Below, piece by piece: positions 56,090 through 63,146 of a stretch of 64,000 nt of DNA. The position numbers were made by a program, and so were the translations under genes. The stretch covers positions 13,574-77,573 of the forward strand of contig JAZLLB010000200.1 in NCBI GenBank assembly GCA_045597925.1. The letters run 5' to 3'. The notes under the pieces are model-generated. The model was given only the letters and a program-made list of their open reading frames with translations, did not search any database and had not been told where the DNA came from. Source of the stretch: Acutalibacteraceae bacterium (GTDB lineage: Bacteria > Bacillota > Clostridia > Oscillospirales > Acutalibacteraceae). How positions within the stretch are numbered: the stretch's first letter is position 1; each line of letters starts with the position of its first letter.

Positions 56090-57061
56090 TTAAAAAATAA
56101 AATCGTTATTGTCTTTTGTTCCTTTTTTTATTGTGCAGGTAAGCTGTGGTTCAAGGGGAATAAGTCTTGCCGCTTTCTGCGACAGAGATTCCCTTAAAGC
56201 CTTCAGCTCATCTATTTCAAGCGTCAAGCACATTTTTTCCAGTGCGGAAGCATCAAAATCGTCAAGAATAATTGATGAGTATCTGATAATCTCGGCAGTG
56301 ATATCTTTTCGGTATTCTCTGCCGAGTGATGCCTCTTTTTTCAGTTTTGTGAGCTTTTCGCCCATCTTTTTTGAAAGAACGCTGTCTATCAGGATTTCCC
56401 CTCCTGACTTCATGGATTTTTCGCATTCAAAAAAAGTTTTGGCAACCTTTCTTTTCTCAAAACTCTTTGTTACGCCCGCGCCCGGCTGTGCGGGAACGGC
56501 GACGAAAGACCATTCGTACGCATCCTTCGGGTCACTGAGTATACTGTAGCAAAGCTTGCCGCCGTATTCAGCACCTTTCACGTGAGAGCATTTTTCGCCT
56601 CTTAAATCATTGCCGCAGATTGAGCAGATATGATTTTCAATTCCGCAGCAGACACTGACTTCTTTTAAAATTCCCGCATTGATTTTTTCCATAAGCTCGG
56701 CGTTTTCTTCTGTTTTCGGCATATAGGCTTTTGCTCTGAGAGCCTTGTAAGGCTTACCGTAGGATGTCAGCTTATCCCCTGCCGAAACTACCTGAGCGGA
56801 ATAAATTCTTGCGGTCTGATTTCTGCTTGAATGAACGTGGTCAAAAATTCCCGTAACGCCGATAAAAAGCTCTTTCAGCTTTTCAAGAGCGGCATCGTCA
56901 AAGCAGTCGCCGTCTCGGTCGATTTCATTGTCGCAAAGATTAACGCTGAACGTAAAAACCTCGTCGGCGGAAAGCTCTTTATATGTGAATCTGTTTATCT
57001 GCGCCAGTTCCTCAACAGGAATGTACCCGCCGCTTTTCTGTGAATTAAAGTTTTCAGCCAT
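56090..57061 (-). CDS. prohead serine protease (S78/XkdF-like) fused to a C-terminal coiled-coil scaffold-like region
   Basis: 'DRDGDCFD', 'GIFDHVHS', 'KEVSVCCG', 'YEWSFVAVPAQPGA'. Helical, charged C-terminus (aa ~200-300). AAAGGAG SD. Confidence 0.65.
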   Translation of the reverse strand: MAENFNSQKSGGYIPVEELAQINRFTYKELSADEVFTFSVNLCDNEIDRDGDCFDDAALEKLKELFIGVTGIFDHVHSSRNQTARIYSAQVVSAGDKLTSYGKPYKALRAKAYMPKTEENAELMEKINAGILKEVSVCCGIENHICSICGNDLRGEKCSHVKGAEYGGKLCYSILSDPKDAYEWSFVAVPAQPGAGVTKSFEKRKVAKTFFECEKSMKSGGEILIDSVLSKKMGEKLTKLKKEASLGREYRKDITAEIIRYSSIILDDFDASALEKMCLTLEIDELKALRESLSQKAARLIPLEPQLTCTIKKGTKDNNDFIF

Positions 57062-58226
57062 TGCTTTCTCCTTTCAGTTCGTTTTCAATCTTTTTTCTCT
57101 GCGCGTCATAAAGTTTTGCTTTGCTCAGCTCAACCTCGTCCTGAAGCGTAATATCGTCCCAGATGATTTTCGGCTTGTCGGCAATTCCGCGGAGCCTTAA
57201 AAATGTATTGCATATTCTTAAAATAACGGGCGAAAGAATCCGCCTGTACGCTTCAAGCTCGCTTGTGAGAATATCCGCCTGCTGGCTTGACATTCTTTCC
57301 GTTGATGACCAGGAGAGCCCCAGCAGAAACGGAGGAAGACCTGTTTTCGCGACAATCTGCTCAAGCATAAGCCTTGCGGGTACTTCGCAGTCAAGTATCT
57401 GACTGTCTGCGCCGATAGCCTTGATGTTAACATCACCCACGGCGATAAAGTCCCTTACAGGACCGCCTGATTTCATGGTTTCGCCCCATTCTTTAGCAAT
57501 CTGCTGAGCGCGGTCTTTCGCGTAGGCTCTGTCCATCGCATCATTCTGGGGCTTGTATGTTACTGCGTAACGTACATTTCCCGCACGCTCCCAGTTTTCA
57601 CCGATTGTGGTGAATATTTTAGTGATAATTCCGCTTACAAAAGGCAGACCTTTTAAAAGTGAAACACCGCACACACTGTCACCTTCGGGATTCAGCACGG
57701 ATAAAAGCACAAGATTCTGATACTTAACCGGAGTTACCATTCCGGGAAAGCCTGTGCATACAAGTGTTCTCATACCGTCATCGCTTTTTTTCAGCTCAAT
57801 ATTTTTTAAATCCGCGTTAAAAAGAGCCGCGAGATTTCCTTTTTTGTCAGTCACCATTTCGCCAACAGCGGTGCCGTAGGTCAGAAGCTGCTCAAAATAA
57901 GATGATATGAATTCATAAATTCCGTATCTGTTTGAGCCGACCGGAACGGATTCAAGAAAATCATTTATTATTTCGGTGTTTCTTTCATTGAAGCATTCAA
58001 TTTTGAAGCCGACCGTCAGGCGCACCAGCTTGTATATAGCCGCATCAATAACGGGAACGGCTTCACGAAGCTCACGGTAAAGATTTGTCTGTCCGTTCGC
58101 AAGGGGAACGTAACCGTTTAAAAAGTTGAACGGATTGGGCTTGTATGTCTGCGGCACCGAAACCGCAGTTTTTGAGTCTGTTATTCTTTTTAAAAGTCCC
58201 AAACTGTTACTCCTCTCTGTCAACAC
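57054..58226 (-). CDS. phage portal protein
   Basis: About 390 aa between TerL and the protease. The track start is GTG 58226. TTG 58202, with AGGAG 7 nt upstream and 4 nt after the TerL stop, is a plausible alternative. Confidence 0.75.
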   Translation of the reverse strand: MLTERSNSLGLLKRITDSKTAVSVPQTYKPNPFNFLNGYVPLANGQTNLYRELREAVPVIDAAIYKLVRLTVGFKIECFNERNTEIINDFLESVPVGSNRYGIYEFISSYFEQLLTYGTAVGEMVTDKKGNLAALFNADLKNIELKKSDDGMRTLVCTGFPGMVTPVKYQNLVLLSVLNPEGDSVCGVSLLKGLPFVSGIITKIFTTIGENWERAGNVRYAVTYKPQNDAMDRAYAKDRAQQIAKEWGETMKSGGPVRDFIAVGDVNIKAIGADSQILDCEVPARLMLEQIVAKTGLPPFLLGLSWSSTERMSSQQADILTSELEAYRRILSPVILRICNTFLRLRGIADKPKIIWDDITLQDEVELSKAKLYDAQRKKIENELKGESNG

Positions 58227-59481
58227 TCAGGGCGATAAAATCGTTTTCCTCTCTGCGCATCGCCGTTGTGACGAAATAACGCAAATCGTCCATAGCGTGG
58301 TCGTTCTCTTTAATCGGAGCGTCACGCAGCGATTTTTCGTCCCATCTGTAAAGTGAAAATTCTCTTAATGTGTCTTTGCATTCGGGGGAAATAAAAAGCT
58401 CTTTTTTCTTAAGCGCATCGGATACCTGCCGTATTCCGTCAATAACATCATTTTTAGCGGGGATAACCTTATATTTTTCCTCGCGGCGTATACATTGAAT
58501 GAAGCTCGCTGCGGAGGGATCGATTATAATTGCTTCGATTTTTCGCTCACCTATTAAATCCGCGATAGCGCGGCAGTGTTCATAATCCGTTCTCTGCTCT
58601 CCCTCTTTGCGCGAATCATAATAATATTCCTTTATTCTGTACCATTTGCCGCTGAAAAGTCCCCACAGTCCGGCGGAGCAGGGGTTCACCGTTCCGTAGT
58701 CGCAGGAAACATAATATTCATCTGCTTCACTGTCGGGCACAGGCTTCACATGAATATCGTAACTGAACATCGGGTAAACGGTACCGTATGCAGCGACCCA
58801 TTTGCCTTCTACAAAACGCTGATAAAACGCTCCGGAATAAAGAGCTTCGTAACGCTTCCTTATACCCGGCGAAAGTCCCGGATTGTCCCTCATTGTGAAA
58901 TGAAGATAAAGGCAGTTCTTTTCATCGTGCTTTTTAATCCACTCTTTATAGAACCAGTGCATCGGATGCTCTGGGTTGCAGTTAAACCACAGCCTTGAAT
59001 TTTCAAGTGAGCATCTGGCGATTGCCTGTTCCACAAATGAGCGGGGCATAAGAGCCACCTCGTCAAGAAGAACACCGCCGAGTGTCATTCCCTGTATAAG
59101 TGAAGCCGAGCCTTCATCTTTTCCCCCGAAAAGATAAAAGCGGTTCATTCTGTTCCCGTATGAAATTTCAATAACATTCTTTGAAAGCTGTTCTCTGCAT
59201 TCAAAACCCAAGGAGGTAAGTAAAGGCTTCATCGGCACAATCAGATTTCTTTTAAGTGATGCTATTGTTTTTCCGCAAAGGGCAAATGAAGTGTTATTAA
59301 AATCATAAAAGGACCAGAAAATAAACGAAAGTGAAGTGCAGACGGTTTTGCCTGAGCGCACCGCGCCGTCGCAGATAATCGCGTCTTTGCTTCTGTAGGG
59401 CGAATTTCTGCTCCACCAGCTTAAAACGGTGAGCTGCTTTTTTGAGAATTTCTCAAAGCCTGCCGCTGTGCTATTGAGCAT
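58207..59481 (-). CDS. phage terminase large subunit (PBSX/TIGR01547-like)
   Basis: Walker A 'DGAVRSGKT', Walker B-like 'GGVLLDE', nuclease-half 'IIDPSAASF' and 'NDHAMDDLRY'. GAAGGAGG SD. Confidence 0.9.
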   Translation of the reverse strand: MLNSTAAGFEKFSKKQLTVLSWWSRNSPYRSKDAIICDGAVRSGKTVCTSLSFIFWSFYDFNNTSFALCGKTIASLKRNLIVPMKPLLTSLGFECREQLSKNVIEISYGNRMNRFYLFGGKDEGSASLIQGMTLGGVLLDEVALMPRSFVEQAIARCSLENSRLWFNCNPEHPMHWFYKEWIKKHDEKNCLYLHFTMRDNPGLSPGIRKRYEALYSGAFYQRFVEGKWVAAYGTVYPMFSYDIHVKPVPDSEADEYYVSCDYGTVNPCSAGLWGLFSGKWYRIKEYYYDSRKEGEQRTDYEHCRAIADLIGERKIEAIIIDPSAASFIQCIRREEKYKVIPAKNDVIDGIRQVSDALKKKELFISPECKDTLREFSLYRWDEKSLRDAPIKENDHAMDDLRYFVTTAMRREENDFIALSVDREE

Positions 59482-59962
59482 CGAAGTCCTCCTTCAATGC
59501 AGCGGCGCTTTTCTCAATGGCATCATAAAAGAACGGCGCGTTGCCGCTACTCTGAGAGGAAGAAAGCTCATAAAGTTTTTCAAGCGCTTTAAGACGGTCA
59601 AAGAATTTTATTTCAATTCCTCCGCCTTTCGGCCGTTTGATTTCACTGACATTCATCAGATTAAGTGCTTCGATTTTTTCGGCTGTCAGTTCCTCGTCAC
59701 CGCTGAGAATCAGCGAAAACGCGTCAGCGGCCGAACCGAAAGCAAGTGTGCGGCATCCGCTGACAATCTCGCTTTGTGTGACAGGCATTACGGAATCAAT
59801 TCTTTCAATTTCAGCCTGAATATCGGCTCTGCATATAAGCTTTGCGGCAGCTTTCGCCGTGAATATTCCGTAGCCTGCGTTTGCCGCCGCCATACGCGGA
59901 CTTCTGCACTGACAGTAGAAAAGACAGAACAGTTTTTCTCTCGATTTTAGTTTGTTTCCCAT
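59471..59962 (-). CDS. phage terminase small subunit (Terminase_4-like)
   Basis: 'REKLFCLFYCQCRSPRMAAANAGY...AAKLICRADIQAEIERI' and 'IKFFDRLKALEKLYEL'. AAAGGAG lies 6 nt before ATG 59962. Confidence 0.8.
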   Translation of the reverse strand: MGNKLKSREKLFCLFYCQCRSPRMAAANAGYGIFTAKAAAKLICRADIQAEIERIDSVMPVTQSEIVSGCRTLAFGSAADAFSLILSGDEELTAEKIEALNLMNVSEIKRPKGGGIEIKFFDRLKALEKLYELSSSQSSGNAPFFYDAIEKSAAALKEDFDAQ

Positions 59963-59977
59963 CTGTACTCCTTTCAC

Positions 59978-60006
59978 GAAAGGCACATATTTTGAAAATG
60001 CCTTTC
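59978..60006 (-). promoter_or_regulatory. inverted repeat abutting the terS ribosome-binding site
   Basis: GAAAGGCA at 59978-59985 and TGCCTTTC at 59999-60006 (8-bp arms, 13-nt loop). On the coding strand, GTGAAAGG occurs twice and the second copy is the SD. Confidence 0.45.
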
Positions 60007-60065
60007 ACCTATAGTTTAAAATCGGGGTTTTGTGAAGCAAAATATTGCAAAATCGGCGTTTTTTG

Positions 60066-60100
60066 CAAAAAAAAATTTCAGAGAACCGAAAATTCTCTGA
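60066..60100 (-). terminator. terminator of the cobW-cobW2-rluA transcription unit, just upstream of the phage-like operon
   Basis: TCAGAGAA / TTCTCTGA stem at 60078-60100, with a 9-nt T-run on the minus strand. Confidence 0.7.
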
Positions 60101-60223
60101 AAAATGTATTTTTTATATTTATTTTTCAACTGTAACTGCGGTGGCAAAGCAACACTGAAAATCAGCCGTCTTTGTATAAATAAGATGCACTCGCAAAGTG
60201 TAGCGGGAGGATTGTGAAGCCTC

Positions 60224-60862
60224 TTAAACAAATAATTTCCATGGATATTCTGCGGAAGGTGCCGCCTCAAAATGAAGTGTTTCACCTGTGAACGGATGTG
60301 CAAGAGTCAACGAATGTGACCACAGCGCAACATCACACAGCGGGCTTTTTCCTCCGTATCTTCCGTCGCCCAGAAGCGGCAGGCCGCGGGAAGAAAACTG
60401 CACTCTTATCTGATGGGTTCTGCCTGTGTGAAGCAGAATTTCCAGAAGCGACAGGGGAGATTCGCCGTCAGTAACCGAGCCGAGAGTTTCATAATCGAGG
60501 CTTGCTTTTTTTACGCCTTTTCTCATTCTTTTTACAACGAATGATTTGTTCTTCGATGAATCTTTAAAGATTAAATCCTCGAGCACTGCGCTTTTCTGCT
60601 CAGGTACACCGCGCACAACCGCGAGGTACTCTTTTTTTATTTCGTTATTCTGTACCATAGCAGAAAGCTTTGCGGCAGCTGATTTTGTTTTTGCGAAAAC
60701 CATAATGCCGCCCACATTTTTATCCAGCCGGTGAACAGGAAAAACTTCTCCTCTTTCTTCACTTAAAATATCAATCATATTCGCGCCGTTACCCTGCTGA
60801 GAAAGAACTCCGACGGGCTTGACGGCAAAAACCAGAAATTTATCCTCAAAAATAATATTCAT
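60224..60862 (-). CDS. RluA-family pseudouridine synthase
   Basis: 'PVHRLDKNVGGIMVFAKT' and 'HTGRTHQIRVQ'. Confidence 0.9.
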   Translation of the reverse strand: MNIIFEDKFLVFAVKPVGVLSQQGNGANMIDILSEERGEVFPVHRLDKNVGGIMVFAKTKSAAAKLSAMVQNNEIKKEYLAVVRGVPEQKSAVLEDLIFKDSSKNKSFVVKRMRKGVKKASLDYETLGSVTDGESPLSLLEILLHTGRTHQIRVQFSSRGLPLLGDGRYGGKSPLCDVALWSHSLTLAHPFTGETLHFEAAPSAEYPWKLFV

Positions 60863-60865
60863 AAA

Positions 60866-61807
60866 TTAAAAGAATGTCGCAACCTTTTTCTCAGGCTCAT
60901 CACATTTTCTGAGATTTGTTACGTTGAGAACGGGACCTTTCCCCGAATAAAGACGGTTGAATTTATAGGCAACATCTGCCGTGATAATTACCCAGTCACC
61001 GTTCTGAAGCGTTTCGGAGAGAGGATACGTGCAGACAAAGCCGTAATAGCTGATATCCGCCTCACAGCACATCATAATATGCCTGCCGCCTACAAATGTA
61101 CCTTTGGGAATTTTGGGACCCTTTGAAATAATCGCCTTGAACTGAACGGTTTTGCCAACATATGACTTCACTTTTTCCGTAAGGTCACGGTAGAACCACG
61201 CGAAATCATTGTCTTCAATCGTAACTACCGGAGCATCAACATCAAACGGCATCGGGTCTTCGATGTCGTCATAGTCAGCGTGACCGTCTTTGTATTCATA
61301 AACAATGTCACAGCGTCTTGTGACACTTCTGACCGCTTTGTGAAACTCCGCTTTGTCCATACCGTCATCAAATCTGTTGAACGCGACAAGCTCACTGAGA
61401 AGAATTTTGTCAACCACAAGATTTCTCATATTCGAGTTATATGCCATGAATGTTGACGCGTCAAAAAACAGCATGCACTGGTAAAGAGTCCATTCATCGG
61501 GAGCCGCCTGAACAAAAGTGTCAACAGGCCACATCCCGTTGTATTCGACAACCACACGTTCCGCATTCGCTTTTTTGCACAGAGCCGTAAGATTTTCTCT
61601 TGTCAGGTCTTCGATATTATCTATAACCTCAATTTTAACATTTTTGCCGTAAAATTTTGAAGGGTCATACTCCTCTTCACCCTCTTCGCAGAGAAGCAGA
61701 AGCGTTTTTTCACCGGAATTAAACCTTTTGTCGGCTAAAGTATCCTGAATGAAAGTAGTTTTACCGCTGTCCAGAAAGCCGAGAAACATATATACAGGTA
61801 TTTCCAT
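60866..61807 (-). CDS. COG0523-like P-loop GTPase lacking the CxCC motif, fused to a DUF1980/TIGR03943-C-terminal-like 'CCxxD' domain
   Basis: P-loop 'GFLDSGKTT'. 'LLCEEGEEE' sits where CobW proteins carry GCICC. C-terminal 'GGRHIMMCCEADISYYGF'. GAGGTGA SD. Confidence 0.6.
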   Translation of the reverse strand: MEIPVYMFLGFLDSGKTTFIQDTLADKRFNSGEKTLLLLCEEGEEEYDPSKFYGKNVKIEVIDNIEDLTRENLTALCKKANAERVVVEYNGMWPVDTFVQAAPDEWTLYQCMLFFDASTFMAYNSNMRNLVVDKILLSELVAFNRFDDGMDKAEFHKAVRSVTRRCDIVYEYKDGHADYDDIEDPMPFDVDAPVVTIEDNDFAWFYRDLTEKVKSYVGKTVQFKAIISKGPKIPKGTFVGGRHIMMCCEADISYYGFVCTYPLSETLQNGDWVIITADVAYKFNRLYSGKGPVLNVTNLRKCDEPEKKVATFF

Positions 61808-61812
61808 TTATA

Positions 61813-62961
61813 TCACCTCAGACGGAACAGCTCGGCGAGAGCTTCCTCGTTGATTTTTGAGCCGATAACGCAGATTCTGCCGATAATATCAGCTGAGCCG
61901 GTGCGTACGTCAGGCTCACCCGGAACATAGTCAAAATGAATCCATTCACCGTTTTCACTGCTGACAATTCCTTTTGAGCGGAGAATTGTTCCGTATTTTT
62001 CCTCATCCTCAAGAGTCTTGAGAATTGCTTCCATTTCTTCTGCTGTATATTTAACCGGAGTTTCCCTGCCCCAGCTGGTGAATACATCGTCAGCGTGATG
62101 ATGGTGATGCCAGTGGTGTTCATGGTCGTGACAGCCGCAGTGTTCATCATGATGATGGTGCTCATGCTCGTCTTCATCATCGTCGTCGTGGTCATGGTGA
62201 TGATGGTGGTGGCAATGCTCATGTTCGTCTTCATCATCGTCATCATCGTGGTGGTGATGGCAGCAGCATTCTTCATCGTCATCATGGTCATGGTGGTGAT
62301 GATGTCCGCCGCATACAGGGCACTCGTCCTCTTCACTGAGCTTTTTAAGTTCATCTTCAAGCGATACGTTTTTCTTTTCCATAGCTTCAAGAATCTGCGC
62401 GCCTGTGAGCTGTGCCCAGTCGGTTGTAACGATAACCGCGTCTTTATTATGCTCACGCAGAAGCTCAACCGCCTTTGCGGTTTTCTCTTCGCTTACAAGT
62501 CCTGTATGCGAAAGAATGATTGTCTGCGCGTACTCAACCTGGTCATTGAAAAATTCGCCGAAGTTTTTCATGTATACCCTGCATTTGCCCGCGTCAACAA
62601 CCGTTGTGAAGCTGTTGAGCTGCAAAGCGTCTGAGCCGACATCTCTTACGGCGCGGATGACGTCGCTCAGTTTGCCGACACCCGAAGGCTCAATAAGGAT
62701 TCTGTCCGGATTGTACTGCTCAACAACCTTTTTGAGAGCTTCACCGAAATCACCCACAAGACTGCAGCATATGCAGCCGGAATTCATTTCCGTAATTTCA
62801 ACACCGGCATCTTCAAGAAATTTACCGTCGACGCCGATTTCGCCGAATTCGTTTTCAATAAGAACTGTTTTTTCACCTGAGTAAGCCTCGGCAATCAGTT
62901 TTTTGATGAGTGTGGTTTTGCCCGCACCTAAAAATCCCGAAAAAATATCAACCTTTGCCAT
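61813..62961 (-). CDS. COG0523/CobW-family metallochaperone GTPase with an ~80-aa His/Asp/Cys-rich insert
   Basis: 'GFLGAGKTT', 'GCICCS', 'EPSGV'. Insert at aa 214-292 (62086-62322). CobW_C-like end 'LRSKGIV...WIHFDYV'. Confidence 0.9.
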   Translation of the reverse strand: MAKVDIFSGFLGAGKTTLIKKLIAEAYSGEKTVLIENEFGEIGVDGKFLEDAGVEITEMNSGCICCSLVGDFGEALKKVVEQYNPDRILIEPSGVGKLSDVIRAVRDVGSDALQLNSFTTVVDAGKCRVYMKNFGEFFNDQVEYAQTIILSHTGLVSEEKTAKAVELLREHNKDAVIVTTDWAQLTGAQILEAMEKKNVSLEDELKKLSEEDECPVCGGHHHHHDHDDDEECCCHHHHDDDDDEDEHEHCHHHHHHDHDDDDEDEHEHHHHDEHCGCHDHEHHWHHHHHADDVFTSWGRETPVKYTAEEMEAILKTLEDEEKYGTILRSKGIVSSENGEWIHFDYVPGEPDVRTGSADIIGRICVIGSKINEEALAELFRLR

Positions 62962-63146
62962 AATTTCTACCTTCTTCTGAGACCGTTTTACCGGTCACAT
63001 ATTTTTACCAATATATTATAACACATAAGTCAAGAAAATACATCAGATATTTCAAAACTATTATGATTATTTTGTATAAAAATTTCTTGATTCAAAGCGT
63101 TTAATGATATATAATATAACCAATCTTATTTTGGAGGAACGATAAA

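Larger units (their letters stand above)
53480..59962 (-). mobile_element. phage-derived head morphogenesis and DNA-packaging operon (8 genes) without tail, lysis, integration or replication functions
   Basis: Contiguous TerS-TerL-portal-protease/scaffold-capsid-connector genes with overlapping stops and starts. Bounded by terminators at 53423-53468 and 60066-60100. Confidence 0.75.

Noticed and set aside
53480-59986. Complete or inducible prophage
   Set aside because: Only head and packaging genes are present. No integrase, repressor, replication, tail or lysis genes lie within 64 kb, and no flanking direct repeats are visible. It is therefore called a head-only module rather than a prophage.
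60078-60100. LexA/SOS box controlling the phage-like operon (GAACCGAAAATTC)
   Set aside because: It lacks the GTTC half-site. The sequence is better explained as the loop and stem of the rluA-unit terminator.
61818-62884. ORFs 61818-62468 (-), 62095-62634 (+) and 62405-62884 (+)
   Set aside because: They are alternate frames or antisense of the COG0523 gene, kept open by the His/Asp codon repeats. The cobW frame has clear P-loop, CxCC and SD evidence.
62962-63146. Zur/Fur box in front of the COG0523 operon
   Set aside because: AT-rich words such as ACTATTATGATTATTTTGT are present, but I could not find a convincing 7-1-7 palindrome matching TCGTAAT-N-ATTACGA or TGATAAT-N-ATTATCA. A PWM scan is needed before any call.
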